Of a DNA stretch of 64,000 nucleotides, positions 46,521 through 56,941 are shown one piece after another. The notes under the pieces were generated by a model, which was given only the letters and a program-made list of their open reading frames with translations, made no database searches and was not told the origin of the DNA. The stretch spans positions 632,349 through 696,348 of the forward strand of contig CAVWSF010000001.1 in assembly GCA_963757605.1 (NCBI GenBank), in the 5' to 3' direction. The translations under genes and the position numbers were made by a program. Position 1 is the first letter of the stretch. Every line of letters starts with the position of its first letter. Source of the DNA: an uncultured Actinomycetes bacterium (GTDB taxonomy: Bacteria; Actinomycetota; Thermoleophilia; Gaiellales; JAICJC01).

Positions 46521-48188
46521 ATGAGCACCGATCCCGGCCCCCCCGGCGGACCGACACCGCCAGGCGGCGGCCAATCCACGGGCGGCGGCACACCTCCGCC
46601 CGCGGACGGTGTCGCACACCTGTCCGAGGACGAGCGGACGCTCCATCGCCTCGGCTACGCCCAGGAGCTCCTGCGCGGCTGGGGTGGTTTCTCGAACTTC
46701 GCCATCTCGTTCACCATCATCTCCATCCTGGCCGGCTGTCTCACGTCGTACTACATCGCCATCGGCTGGGGCGGCCCGATCGCCGTCACCTGGGGCTGGC
46801 TGCTCGTCGGCGGCTTCTGCATCCTGGTGTCGCTGGCGATGGGCGAGATCGCCTCGACGTACCCCACGGCGGGCGGCCTGTACTACTGGTCGTCGCGACT
46901 GGGGAGCCCGGGATGGGGGTGGTTCACGGGGTGGTTCAACCTCGTGGGCCAGGTCGCCGTGACCGCGGCGATCGACTTCGGGGCCGCGACCTTCATCTCG
47001 TCGCTCCTGAACCTGTGGTTCGACTACTCGCTGTCGAAGGAGCACGTCTTCCTGACGTACACGGTCATCGTGGCGCTGCACGGCCTGATCAACACCTTCG
47101 GCCCCCGCCTGCTGCCGATGATCAACAACATCTCCGCCTGGTGGCACATGGGCGGTGTGCTCGTCATCGTGGTTGCGCTCATCGTCGTGCCCGAGCACCA
47201 CAAGTCGGTGAGCTTCGTGTTCACCGATACCGAGAACTTCTCGGGCTTCCAGGGCTCGAGCTTCTCGAATCCGATGTTCTGGGTCGTCTTCGGGATCGGG
47301 CTCCTCATGGCGCAGTACACGATCACCGGCTACGACGCCTCGGCCCACATGAGCGAGGAAACGCGAAACGCCTCGCGCTCGGCAGCAATAGGCATGGTGA
47401 TGTCGGTCGTCGTGTCGGTGATCTTCGGGTTCATCCTGCTCGTCGCCGTCACGTTTGCCATCCCCGGCCCGGTCAAGAACACGGCGCTCCAGTACGGGTT
47501 CGCCGTGCAGTACATCTGGCAGAACGCGCTCAGCACGAAATGGGCGGAGTTCCTGCTCGTGATCGCATGCAGCGCGCAGTTCTTCTGCGGCCTGGCCTCT
47601 GTGACGTCGGCTTCCCGGATGATGTTCGCGTTCTCGCGCGACCGAGCCGTCCCGGGCCACCAGCTGTGGCGGCAGGTGTCCAAGAAGGAGCGGGTGCCCG
47701 TGAACTCCATCTGGGCGATCTGCGTGCTGGCATGGGCGCTGATGCTGCCGACGCTCAAGAACCCCATCGTGGGGTACGCGGTGGGAACCTCGGTCGCCGT
47801 GATCGGGCTCTACATCGCGTTCGTGCTTCCGATCATCCTGCGCTACCGCGCGAAGGAGAACTTCGAGCGCGGTGCCTGGCACCTCGGGAACCACTACAAG
47901 TGGATCGATCCCTTGGCGATCGCGTGGATCGTCCTGATCTGCATCCTGTTCATGCTGCCGCTCTTCCCGGACGGCATCCCCGGGAACGGGGCAGTGGTCG
48001 GCGACCACTTCCTGTTCAACGTCAACTGGATCGACGTCAACTACGCACCGCTCACGGTCGGCGGCGCCTTCCTCTTCTTCGGCGGCTGGTGGGTACTGTC
48101 GGCCAAGAACTGGTTCAAGGGCCCCGTCCGCATGGGCACCGAGGAGGAGCTGGAGCGCATCGAGGCCGGCTTCGCCTCAGGCGACTGA
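46521..48188 (+). CDS. Amino acid/polyamine permease (APC, GABA/choline-like)
   Basis: LGYAQEL, FSNFAISF, PTAGGLY, GYDASAHMSEE and FSRD. Confidence 0.92.
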   Translation: MSTDPGPPGGPTPPGGGQSTGGGTPPPADGVAHLSEDERTLHRLGYAQELLRGWGGFSNFAISFTIISILAGCLTSYYIAIGWGGPIAVTWGWLLVGGFCILVSLAMGEIASTYPTAGGLYYWSSRLGSPGWGWFTGWFNLVGQVAVTAAIDFGAATFISSLLNLWFDYSLSKEHVFLTYTVIVALHGLINTFGPRLLPMINNISAWWHMGGVLVIVVALIVVPEHHKSVSFVFTDTENFSGFQGSSFSNPMFWVVFGIGLLMAQYTITGYDASAHMSEETRNASRSAAIGMVMSVVVSVIFGFILLVAVTFAIPGPVKNTALQYGFAVQYIWQNALSTKWAEFLLVIACSAQFFCGLASVTSASRMMFAFSRDRAVPGHQLWRQVSKKERVPVNSIWAICVLAWALMLPTLKNPIVGYAVGTSVAVIGLYIAFVLPIILRYRAKENFERGAWHLGNHYKWIDPLAIAWIVLICILFMLPLFPDGIPGNGAVVGDHFLFNVNWIDVNYAPLTVGGAFLFFGGWWVLSAKNWFKGPVRMGTEEELERIEAGFASGD

Positions 48189-48209
48189 GCGATCCGCTGG
48201 GGTCGGGCC

Positions 48210-48854
48210 CTACGCCGGGCTCGGCCCCAGCAGCTCTTCGCGGACCGTCGTGAAGTCGTCGAACCAGGTGTAGCCGACTCCCTCGCGGTCGAGGTAGGAG
48301 GCCAGCGAGCGGCGCGCGAAGCGGATGTCGGCCGCCTGGACGGCGCAGCGGTCCGAGTAGCCGTCGCCGATGTAGGCCACCTCGCGCCCGTCTCGCATCG
48401 AGTCGACCACGGAGCGCTTGCACTCCTCGCCGCACACCGGGCACGGCTCGCCGTGGCGGAAGTCGACGATGCCGCCGTCGGGGGTGAAGCGAACGTCGTG
48501 GGCGACCACCTCGAGGTGGTCGACGCCCTCCCGCTCGAGGATCGGCCGGATCACCGACTCGAAGCCGCTCGAGACGACGACGATGCGGTCGCCCGCATCC
48601 TCGGCCGCGCGCGCGAACTCCTTGAAGCCGGCCCGCACCCGCGCCCGGTCGACCGTCTCGGAGACGATCGTGTCGTGGTCGCCCCTGATCGGTGCGAACT
48701 CGGCGGCGATCACCTCGCGCAGGGTCATCGTGCGCCGCTGGAGGTCGTTCTCGGCAGCGGCCCACTCCTCGGGCGCGTAGATCCGGCACATCTCGTCGAG
48801 GGTGTCGCGCTCGGTGATCGTGCCGTCGAAGTCGACGACGATCAGCCGGCTCAC
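48210..48854 (-). CDS. HAD-IB phosphatase, MtnX-like
   Basis: DFDGT, SSG, CPVCGEECK and GDGYSD. Confidence 0.85.
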   Translation of the reverse strand: MSRLIVVDFDGTITERDTLDEMCRIYAPEEWAAAENDLQRRTMTLREVIAAEFAPIRGDHDTIVSETVDRARVRAGFKEFARAAEDAGDRIVVVSSGFESVIRPILEREGVDHLEVVAHDVRFTPDGGIVDFRHGEPCPVCGEECKRSVVDSMRDGREVAYIGDGYSDRCAVQAADIRFARRSLASYLDREGVGYTWFDDFTTVREELLGPSPA

Positions 48855-49135
48855 CCGCGCCGGACCCACTTGGCCACGGTGTCCGCGTCGTGGCCGGCCG
48901 CGATCAGCTGGAACAGGGGCTTCGGGCTCTTCAGCGTCTTCATCGTCTCCATCCGACCGACCGAGATCCCCTGCCGCTGGCAGAACCGAAGCAGCGACTG
49001 GCGGTCGGAGGAGAGCAGCCGCCAGACGGTCTCCTGGCGGTGGCGGTCGAAGTCGGGATAGGCCCCCACCTCGCCGGCCACTGCCCTGCTCACGGCCTGG
49101 TTGTACTGCTCGCGATAATCGTGCTCCTCAGCCAT
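48851..49135 (-). CDS. Hypothetical protein
   Basis: TAGACT -10 7 nt before the ATG; its stop overlaps the phosphatase GTG start. Confidence 0.6.
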   Translation of the reverse strand: MAEEHDYREQYNQAVSRAVAGEVGAYPDFDRHRQETVWRLLSSDRQSLLRFCQRQGISVGRMETMKTLKSPKPLFQLIAAGHDADTVAKWVRRG

Positions 49136-49156
49136 CCCGGCTAGTCTAGTGAGCGG

Positions 49157-49492
49157 TGCGGGCACATCGTCACGTCTCAGTGCTGCTCGCGGCCGCGTTC
49201 CTCGCCGCCGCCGCGCTCCCGCCGCGCATGCAGCGGCGTGGTCGGCGGTGGCGAGCCCGAACCCCAGCGGCGGGCAGGACGTGCTGAACGAGGTCGGCCG
49301 GCTGCCCAGCACGCAGGTGGTCTACGCCGTCGGGCCGCACGAACCAGGGGACGCTCGTCGTGCGGTCCACCAACCGACGGCGCCGGATGCAAGGCCACGA
49401 ACCAGCTCGCGGCCATCGCGGTGATCCCGGGGACGAAGCAGCTGTGGGGGTTGGCTACCGGACGCCCGCCGGATTCCGTACCATTGCGCTGA
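49157..49492 (+). pseudogene. Fragment of a secreted beta-propeller-repeat protein
   Basis: Signal-like VLLAAAFLAAAALP, then AWSAVASPNPS..DVLNEV...YAVG and NQLAAIAVIPG..LWG in different frames. Confidence 0.35.
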
Positions 49493-49507
49493 TCCGCCAC
49501 TGACCGC

Positions 49508-50383
49508 ATGAGCCAGACGACGCCCGCCGCCCGCCTCTTCGGCGCCCAGAGCATGACCGCACCCCTCCACGACGTCGTCGTGAAGCGGCCGGGGCCTGCC
49601 TTCGGGGCCGCGTACGACAACCCGGTGCATGGGTTCCTGCACCCGGTCGACCTGGCCGCGGCGCAGCGCCAGCACGACGCCTTCTGCGAGGTGCTCGCCG
49701 ACCTGGGCGTGCGTGTCCACCAGCTGGACGCCGAGACCGAGAGCCCCGACCTCACCTACACCTTCGACCCGGCCCTCGTCACCGACCGCGGCATGATCGG
49801 CCTGCGGTCCGGAAAGCCCACCCGGCAGGGCGAGGCGGCGCCGCTCCTCGAGTGGGCAGCCGGGCACGACATCCCCGTCATCGGCGCGCTGGGCGAGGGC
49901 GAGACGGCCGACGGCGGCGACACGTTCTGGCTGCGGCCCGACGTCTTCTGCATCGGCCGGTCGCTTCGCACCAACCGGGCCGGCGCGGCCCGCCTGACCG
50001 AGCTCGTGGGCGGCGAGGTGCACGTCTTCGACGTCCCCTACGGGAACGGCCCGGCCGAGTGCCTGCACCTGCTCTCGGTCATCTCGCCGATCGCCGACGA
50101 TCTGGCCGTCGTCTTCCTCCCACAGCTCCCCGTCGGCCTCTACGAGCTGCTCGGCGAGCGCTGCGTGGCGCTCGTCCCGGTGCCCGAGGAGGAGATCGTG
50201 AGCCAGGGCTGCAACATCCTGGCCGTGCGGCCCGGCGTGGTCGTCATGGTCGAGGGCAACCCGGTCACTCAGCGCGGGCTCCTCGACCGCGGCTGCGAGG
50301 TGCACACGTTCCCCGGCACCGAGGTGTGCGTGAACGGCTCAGGCGGCCCGACCTGCATCACCCGCCCGATCCTTCGGGGATGA
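49508..50383 (+). CDS. Amidinotransferase/DDAH/arginine-deiminase superfamily hydrolase
   Basis: QHDAF, TFDP, DGGD, LHL and C-terminal GGPTC. Confidence 0.88.
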   Translation: MSQTTPAARLFGAQSMTAPLHDVVVKRPGPAFGAAYDNPVHGFLHPVDLAAAQRQHDAFCEVLADLGVRVHQLDAETESPDLTYTFDPALVTDRGMIGLRSGKPTRQGEAAPLLEWAAGHDIPVIGALGEGETADGGDTFWLRPDVFCIGRSLRTNRAGAARLTELVGGEVHVFDVPYGNGPAECLHLLSVISPIADDLAVVFLPQLPVGLYELLGERCVALVPVPEEEIVSQGCNILAVRPGVVVMVEGNPVTQRGLLDRGCEVHTFPGTEVCVNGSGGPTCITRPILRG

Positions 50384-51642
50384 AGAATCTGACCCCGGCC
50401 GAGCTGGCCGCCGTCGGGGCCGTGGATCGCGACCGCATCGCCGCCGATCTGGCGGCCGTCGTGGCGCACCCCAGCCTGACCGGCTCGGAGGGCGAGGTGC
50501 AGACCGAGATGGCCCTGCGGATGACGACGGCCGGCCTGGAGGTCGAGCGGGTCGACGTGGCGGCGGCCGATCTGGCCTCCGACCCCGACTTCCCCGGCGT
50601 CGAGGTGGCGCGCGACTCGCACCCGGTCGTGGCCGGCCGGATCGGCGATGGCGGCAGCGGCCGGCGGGCGATCGTCGCCGGCCACGTGGACGTCGTCGGC
50701 GGAGGAGACGAGCTGCAGTGGACGTCGCCGCCGTTCGAGCCGCGGATCGCCGACGGCCTGCTCTTCGGCCGCGGGGCGTGCGACATGAAGGCGGGCGTCG
50801 TCGCGGGCCTGGCGGCGATGCGGGCGCTCGTCGAGTCGGAGGCCGAGCTGGGCGGCGAGGCGATCCTGCTCACCGTTCCGGGCGAGGAGGACGGCGGCGC
50901 CGGGATGCTCGCGGCGATCCGGGCGGGGTACGCGGGCGGCTTGGCGGTCATCACCGAGCCGACCGACCTCCAGATCGTGACCGCCCAGGCCGGCGCGATC
51001 ACGTTCACGCTCACGATCGAGGGCCGAAGCGCGCACGCCGCGTTCCGGCGCGAGGGCGTCTCGGCCGTCGAGAAGCTGTGGCCGGTCATGCGCGCGCTCG
51101 AGGCGAACGAGCGCGAGCGAAACGAGGCCGAGACCATGCGCGCGATGCGCGAGACGGGGCTTCCCTACCCGACGTCGATCGGCCGCGTGAGCGCCGGCGA
51201 GTGGTCGTCGACCGTCCCCGACCGGCTCGTCGCCGAGGGCCGCTACGGCGTGCGGGTCGGCCAGACGGTGGCGGAGGCCGAGGCCGAGCTGCGCGCGGTC
51301 GTCTCGGAGGGGTGCGCGGCCGACGAGTGGCTGCGCGACCACCCGGCGACCGTCGAGATCACGGGCGGCCGGTTCGCCTCGGCGTCCGTCGCGAACGACC
51401 ACCCGCTCTCGTGGGGCCTCGCCGAGACGGCCCGCGATGTCCTCGGCAAGCTGCCCGACTTCCTGGGCGTCCCCTATGGGGCCGACGCGCGCCTCCTGAT
51501 CGACCACGGCGCGACGCCGACCGTGCTCTACGGCCCGGGCGACCCCAACCTGGCACACGCTCCGGACGAGCACGTCGCGCTCGAGGACGTCGCCCGCTGC
51601 GCCCGCGTGCTGGCGGTGTGGCTCATGCGCGCGCTCGCCTGA
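50380..51642 (+). CDS. ArgE/DapE family M20 deacylase
   Basis: GHVD, GRGACDMK, EEDGG, EP and AHAPDEH; ATGA overlap. Confidence 0.92.
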   Translation: MKNLTPAELAAVGAVDRDRIAADLAAVVAHPSLTGSEGEVQTEMALRMTTAGLEVERVDVAAADLASDPDFPGVEVARDSHPVVAGRIGDGGSGRRAIVAGHVDVVGGGDELQWTSPPFEPRIADGLLFGRGACDMKAGVVAGLAAMRALVESEAELGGEAILLTVPGEEDGGAGMLAAIRAGYAGGLAVITEPTDLQIVTAQAGAITFTLTIEGRSAHAAFRREGVSAVEKLWPVMRALEANERERNEAETMRAMRETGLPYPTSIGRVSAGEWSSTVPDRLVAEGRYGVRVGQTVAEAEAELRAVVSEGCAADEWLRDHPATVEITGGRFASASVANDHPLSWGLAETARDVLGKLPDFLGVPYGADARLLIDHGATPTVLYGPGDPNLAHAPDEHVALEDVARCARVLAVWLMRALA

Positions 51643-51653
51643 TGGCGGGCCAC

Positions 51654-51666
51654 CGGGGTCAGACCC
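51654..51666. repeat. Core of the REP-like element in reverse orientation
   Basis: CGGGGTCAGACCC is the reverse complement of GGGTCTGACCCCG in copy 1. Confidence 0.45.
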
Positions 51667-51787
51667 GCCTCGGCGGGCGTTGCACCTCCGCGACGGTTTC
51701 GATGCGATACCTGGTATCGACCTGGCCGGCGGGACCACGCACTTCGGCCTGGCTCCATGGGGTTCGGCTCTGTGCGAGCATTGCCAA

Positions 51788-52759
51788 ATGGCAGAGTCAC
51801 CGACGCTGAATGACGTCCAGGCCGCCGCGGAGGCGATCGCCGGCCACGTGCACCGCACGCCGATGCTCACGTCGGCCACGCTCGCGGAGCGCTGCGGCGC
51901 GCCGGTGTGGCTCAAGGCGGAGCTCTTCCAGCGGATCGGGGCGTTCAAGCCGCGCGGGGCGTTCAACCGCCTGCGCGCGCTCACCCCCGAGGAGCGCGCG
52001 CTCGGCACCATCACGATCTCGGCCGGGAACCACGCCCAGGCGCTGGCACTCGCCGCTCGTGACGAGGGAGTCGACGCGCTCGTCCTCATGCCGGCAGACG
52101 CCAGCCCCGCCAAAGTCGCGGCCGCCCGCGGCTACGGCGCGACGGTCGACCTGGAGTCGGCCGACAGCATGGAGGCGCTCGAGCGCATGGGCGCCATCGC
52201 GGCCGAGACGGGGCGCGTGATCGTGCATCCCTACGACGACCCGCTGATCGTCGCCGGCCAGGGCACGGTCGGGCTCGAGATCGTCGAGGACGCGCCGGAC
52301 GCCGACACGGTGATCGTGCCGATCGGCGGCGGCGGGTTGATCGCAGGGATCGCGACGGCGGTGAAGGGCCTGCGCCCCGGCGCCCGCGTGATCGGCGTGG
52401 AGCCGGAGCTCTCGTGCGCGATGCGAACCGCGCTCGATGCCGGCCATCCGGTCCCAGCCGTCCCGGGCCCGACGATCGCAGACGCCCTGCGTTCGCCGGT
52501 CGCGGGGACGATCGCGCTGGAGGTGTGCTCGCGGCTGGTGGACGACGTCGTCCTGGTCTCCGACGAGGAGATCCGCGAGGGCATGCGCTTCCTCTACGAG
52601 CGGGCCAAGCTGGCGTGCGAGCCCGGTGCGGCGGTCGGCGTCGCTGCCCTCCTGTCCGGGAAGCTCGATGTACGTGGCTCGTCCGGGGTCGTGCTCGTCA
52701 TCTCGGGCGGCAACGTCTCGCCGCAGCTGGCCGCCGAGATCCTCAGCGGCGCTCCGTAG
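51788..52759 (+). CDS. PLP-dependent threonine/serine dehydratase family protein
   Basis: AFKPRG, SAGNHAQ, GQGTVGLE, GGGGLI and SGGN. Confidence 0.92.
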   Translation: MAESPTLNDVQAAAEAIAGHVHRTPMLTSATLAERCGAPVWLKAELFQRIGAFKPRGAFNRLRALTPEERALGTITISAGNHAQALALAARDEGVDALVLMPADASPAKVAAARGYGATVDLESADSMEALERMGAIAAETGRVIVHPYDDPLIVAGQGTVGLEIVEDAPDADTVIVPIGGGGLIAGIATAVKGLRPGARVIGVEPELSCAMRTALDAGHPVPAVPGPTIADALRSPVAGTIALEVCSRLVDDVVLVSDEEIREGMRFLYERAKLACEPGAAVGVAALLSGKLDVRGSSGVVLVISGGNVSPQLAAEILSGAP

Positions 52760-53357
52760 CCAGCCGCAGACCGAACGCGATCAGCACGCACCCGGTGACG
52801 CGCTCCAGGGCGGCCCTCACCCGAGGGCGGCGGAGCGCGTCGCCGACGCGGCTCGTGAGGACGGCGCAGCCGAGGAGCCAGGCCAGCCCGAGCAGGTTGA
52901 AGAGGAAGCCGAGCAGGAGGAGCTGCCCGAGCACCGGGCCGCCGGGCGAGACGAACTGCGGCAGGAAGCTCGTGAAGAAGACGGCGATCTTGGGGTTCAG
53001 GAGGTTGCTCAGGATGCCCTGGACGAACGGCGAGCGGCGGCTGGGTGCGATCTCGGGAGCGACCGGGTGCCCGCGCCGCCACGACCACCACACGGCCTGG
53101 GCGCCGAGCACGACGAGGTAGGCGGCGCCGACCAGCCTGACCGCCGTGAAAAGCGCCTCGGAGCGGTGAAGGAGCGCGCCGAGGCCGAACGCCGAGGCCG
53201 TCGTCCACACCGCGATCCCCGCGTTCACTCCGAGCGCGGTCAGGATCGCGGCCCGGCGGCCGTGGAGCAGCGCGTTCTTCGTCACGAGCGCGGTGTCGAC
53301 GCCGGGCGTGACGACCACGAAGACGGCGATCGCGAGGAACGGCAGCACCTCCGGCAA
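52743..53357 (-). CDS. LysE/RhtB family exporter
   Basis: TPGVD, GAAYL and NLLNPKIAVFFTSFLPQF. Confidence 0.92.
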   Translation of the reverse strand: MPEVLPFLAIAVFVVVTPGVDTALVTKNALLHGRRAAILTALGVNAGIAVWTTASAFGLGALLHRSEALFTAVRLVGAAYLVVLGAQAVWWSWRRGHPVAPEIAPSRRSPFVQGILSNLLNPKIAVFFTSFLPQFVSPGGPVLGQLLLLGFLFNLLGLAWLLGCAVLTSRVGDALRRPRVRAALERVTGCVLIAFGLRLATERR

Positions 53358-53361
53358 GCGC

Positions 53362-54435
53362 TCACGCCCTTGCGCTCGGCCCGTATGTCAGATGCAGCAG
53401 ATCGCCCTCGGCGAACCGCGAGAACCGCAGCGGATGCAGGTCGATCGGCGGCTCGCGCCCGGCCAGCTCCGCCGCGACGCACTCCGCGATCGCGGGCGCC
53501 AGCTTCAGCCCGTGGCCGGACATGCCGGCAATCGCGTAGACGCCGTCGCGGACGACCCCGACGACCGGGTTCCAGTCGGGCGTGGAGTCGTACGCGCCGG
53601 TCCAGCCGTCGACCCACGCCGCCTCGCCACCACGCAGGTAGCGCGCGGCGAGCGCCTGGGCGACCGACGCGCGATAGGAATCCTCGGGGAGATCGGGCGC
53701 CTCGTCGCGGTCGGCGTAGCCCTCCGGCTCGCGGTAGGCGACCGCCCACGCCATGTCCCCCACATGCGGCCGCACGACCACGTTCGTGACCGTGTCCGAG
53801 ACGACGACAGATACCCGAAGCGGCCGCACGCGGGCCACGTCGATCCGCTTGAGCGCGATCGGGAGGTCGGGGAGCAGGCGCGACGTCCACCCGCCCGCAG
53901 CGACGACGACCGTGTCGGCGTCGAGCGCATCCAGGTCGGTTACCTCCGCGCCGAGCCGGGGCTGGACGCCGAGCGAGAGCGCCTCGGCGAACCAGGCGAG
54001 CGTCATACGGCCGGGGTCGACGAGGCCGCCGTCCGGCTCGTGCGCCGCGGCCGCGATCCCGTCGGTGCGAAGCGCGGGCTCGACGGTGGCGACCTGCTCC
54101 GGGTCGAGCAGGCGCGAGTCGACGCCGAGCGAGCGGCCCAGCTCGACGTTCCGAGCGCAGGCGTCCCGGTCACGCTCGGCCACCGACAGCATGTACCCGG
54201 TGCGGACGTACCCCGAGCGCCGGTCGCCGGCGAGCAGCTCGATCCCCCGCTTCGCCAGCCGTACGGTCACCTCGTTGGAGTAGTGCGCCCGCACCATCCC
54301 GAAGGAGCGCCCGGTATCGCCCGCCCCGGGCGTCGCCTTCTCGTAGAGCGCGACGCTCATCCCCTCCCGTGCCAGCGCGACGGCCAGCGACGAGCCGAAG
54401 AGCCCCGCCCCGACGATCGCGACGTCCGCCCTCAT
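53362..54435 (-). CDS. FAD-dependent oxidoreductase, DAO/sarcosine-oxidase family
   Basis: VAIVGAG, TGRSFG, TPDWNPVVG and SGHGLKLAP. Confidence 0.9.
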   Translation of the reverse strand: MRADVAIVGAGLFGSSLAVALAREGMSVALYEKATPGAGDTGRSFGMVRAHYSNEVTVRLAKRGIELLAGDRRSGYVRTGYMLSVAERDRDACARNVELGRSLGVDSRLLDPEQVATVEPALRTDGIAAAAHEPDGGLVDPGRMTLAWFAEALSLGVQPRLGAEVTDLDALDADTVVVAAGGWTSRLLPDLPIALKRIDVARVRPLRVSVVVSDTVTNVVVRPHVGDMAWAVAYREPEGYADRDEAPDLPEDSYRASVAQALAARYLRGGEAAWVDGWTGAYDSTPDWNPVVGVVRDGVYAIAGMSGHGLKLAPAIAECVAAELAGREPPIDLHPLRFSRFAEGDLLHLTYGPSARA

Positions 54436-55205
54436 GCGGGCGTCGTGTAGGCCGCGGTGATCCCGCCGTCGACGACGAGCGCCTGCCCGGTCGTCCAGGC
54501 CGACTCGTCGCTCGCCAGGTAGAGGACGGCGCCCGCGATGTCCTCGAACGCGCCCAGCCGCCCCATCGGGATGTGCACCATCCGCCGCTCCAGGCCACCC
54601 TCGTCGCCGGCGAGCGCGTTTCGGAAGAGCGGTGTGTCGACCGGCCCCGGGCAGAGCGCGTTGCAGCGGATGCCGCTCCGCGCGTACGTGATCGCGACCT
54701 CGCGCGTCATCGCGAGGACGCCGCCCTTGGCCGCGGCATAGGCGGTCTGCGGCGTCGCCGACCCGATCAGCGCCACCATCGAGCTCATGTTGACGATCGA
54801 GCCGCCGCCCGTCTCGAGCATGTGCGGCAGCTGGTACTTCATGCAGAGGAAGACGCCCGTCAGGTCGACGGCGAGGATCCGGTGCCAGACGTCGAGCTCG
54901 GTCGCGGGCGGATCGGTGTCGTCGGGGAGCAGGATGCCCGCGTTGTTGTGGCAGACGTCGACCGACCCGAACCGGTCGCGCACCGCGGCGTAGAGCGCCT
55001 CGACCGACCGCGGGTCGGTCACGTCGACCGCGAACGGCGCCGACCCGGGGATCTCGGCCGCCGCCCGCTCGGCGCCCGCGGCGTCGATGTCGGCCAGGGC
55101 GACCCGGCCGCCCTCCTCGGCCAGCCTGCCGGCGACCGCCCGGCCGATGCCCGCGGCGGCGCCCGTCACGACGCACACCCTGTCCTGCACTCGACCCTGC
55201 ATCAC
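54432..55205 (-). CDS. Short-chain dehydrogenase/reductase
   Basis: TGAAAGIG, NNAG, YAAAK and PG. Confidence 0.93.
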   Translation of the reverse strand: MMQGRVQDRVCVVTGAAAGIGRAVAGRLAEEGGRVALADIDAAGAERAAAEIPGSAPFAVDVTDPRSVEALYAAVRDRFGSVDVCHNNAGILLPDDTDPPATELDVWHRILAVDLTGVFLCMKYQLPHMLETGGGSIVNMSSMVALIGSATPQTAYAAAKGGVLAMTREVAITYARSGIRCNALCPGPVDTPLFRNALAGDEGGLERRMVHIPMGRLGAFEDIAGAVLYLASDESAWTTGQALVVDGGITAAYTTPA

Positions 55206-55222
55206 GCGCCATTAAACGCGAG

Positions 55223-55251
55223 AGGGGCGCCCGCGTGCTGCGGACGCCCCT
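55223..55251 (-). terminator. GC-rich hairpin between the permease and the SDR
   Basis: AGGGGCGTCCGC-AGCAC-GCGGGCGCCCCT, followed on the minus strand by CTCGCGTTTAAT. Confidence 0.5.
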
Positions 55252-55264
55252 CAGGCAGGTGCTG

Positions 55265-56839
55265 CTAGAGACCCTCGTTGATCATGCGCCCGATGGTCTC
55301 GTACTTGGCCCGATCCGCGCCCTTCAGGTAGACCGCGTATGCGTAGCCACCGACGAAGACGATGACGTCGATCGCCACCAGATACCACGCGTACGTGTAT
55401 CCCGCGCCGAGGAAGTCGATCTTGTCGATGGCCACGAACAGCACCGCCAGCTGGCCGATCACCGAGATGAGCGGTGCGATCGTGTGGTTCCAGAGCCGGT
55501 GCTCGGTCGGGTGGTGCGTCCGGAAGTAGTTCCAGATCGCCACCGAGACGAGCGCCTGGATGAACAGGATCAGGACGACGCCCATGAACGCCATCAGGCC
55601 GTAGAGCTGCGTGTAGGCGATCGACGTCGCGGCGTCCGACTTCGCGGCGACGGTCGCGAACAGCGCGAACGCGATGACGATCAGCGCCGCGATGACCGAC
55701 TGGGTCGTCGAGGCGATGTGCGGGCTCTTGTGCCGCTCGTGTGTGCGGCCGAGCTGGTGCGGCAGCACCTTCTCACGGCCCAGCGAGTAGAAGTAGCGGG
55801 CCGCGGTGTTGTGGAAGGCCATGCCGCACGCGAACGCGCCCGTGATGATCAGATAGCTCATCACGTCGCTCAGGAACTGATTCCCGAACTCCTTCGCCGG
55901 GGTCAGGTAGAACTGGGCGGGAGTTCCGACCGCCACGACGGCCGCAGCCGCAGTCGAGGAGTACGCCGAGAGCGCCGCCCACGAGGTGATCGTGTAGAAG
56001 ATCCCGAGGCCGACGACCGAGATGTACATCGCCCGCGGCACGATCCGCTTGGGATCCTTCGACTCCTCGCCGTAGTTCGGCGCCATCTCGAAGCCGACCC
56101 ACGACCAGAACGCAAAGAACACTCCGACCGCCCACGCGCCCGCGGCCACCGCCGAGCTGCCGTGTCCGGAGGCCGGGAGATCCGAGAACGCGTTCAGCGG
56201 GTTGATGGCGCCGGCCTGGATGTTCTCCCCGCCCTGGGCGAAGACGACCAGGTCGAAGATCAGGAGCGCGAGGACCTCGGTGATGAGGGCGAGGCCCAGG
56301 ACGCGGGCCGAGATGTGGACGTCGAAGTACGCCAGCACGGAGATCAGCACGACCATGAACAGCGCCGGCCAGTACCACGCCACATGGTGGCCGTACTGGT
56401 CGAGCTTGGCCGTCGCGAAGAACGCGAAGCCTCCGCACAGCGACGCCTCGAACACCGAGTACGCGACCACCATGGCGAACCCCGCCGCCATGCCCAGCTC
56501 GCGGCTGAGGCCGTGGCTGATGAAGCTGTAGAACCCGCCGACCGCGGTGACCTTGCGGGCCATCGCGACGAACCCGACGGAGAAGATTGTGAGGATGACG
56601 GTGGCGAAGGCGAAGCCGGCCGGGGTGCCGAGACCGTTGCCGTAGCCGACCGAGAGCGGGGTATTGAAGAGCATCGCCGAGATTGGCGCTGACCCCGTCA
56701 CGGTGAGGAACAGGACTCCGAGGAGCCCGACCGCGCCCCCGTGCAGCTTGTGCACGTCTGTGCGCTGGGAAACGTCGACACTCTCCACAGGGATCATCCC
56801 CTCGTGGCGGGTGCTCATGCCCCCGTGCTCACTGTCCAC
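55265..56839 (-). CDS. APC family amine/amino acid permease
   Basis: GSAPIS, GGFYSFI, GFEMAPNYGEE and HNTAARY; about 12 TM; GGAGG RBS. Confidence 0.92.
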   Translation of the reverse strand: MDSEHGGMSTRHEGMIPVESVDVSQRTDVHKLHGGAVGLLGVLFLTVTGSAPISAMLFNTPLSVGYGNGLGTPAGFAFATVILTIFSVGFVAMARKVTAVGGFYSFISHGLSRELGMAAGFAMVVAYSVFEASLCGGFAFFATAKLDQYGHHVAWYWPALFMVVLISVLAYFDVHISARVLGLALITEVLALLIFDLVVFAQGGENIQAGAINPLNAFSDLPASGHGSSAVAAGAWAVGVFFAFWSWVGFEMAPNYGEESKDPKRIVPRAMYISVVGLGIFYTITSWAALSAYSSTAAAAVVAVGTPAQFYLTPAKEFGNQFLSDVMSYLIITGAFACGMAFHNTAARYFYSLGREKVLPHQLGRTHERHKSPHIASTTQSVIAALIVIAFALFATVAAKSDAATSIAYTQLYGLMAFMGVVLILFIQALVSVAIWNYFRTHHPTEHRLWNHTIAPLISVIGQLAVLFVAIDKIDFLGAGYTYAWYLVAIDVIVFVGGYAYAVYLKGADRAKYETIGRMINEGL

Positions 56840-56941
56840 GTGACCTCCTTCGGGAAGAGAAACAGGAAGAGACCATCGTTTTTACAGCATTGCGGCAGCT
56901 TTGGCAACGGCTCCCGCGCATGTTGTGGAATGCGAGACGGC

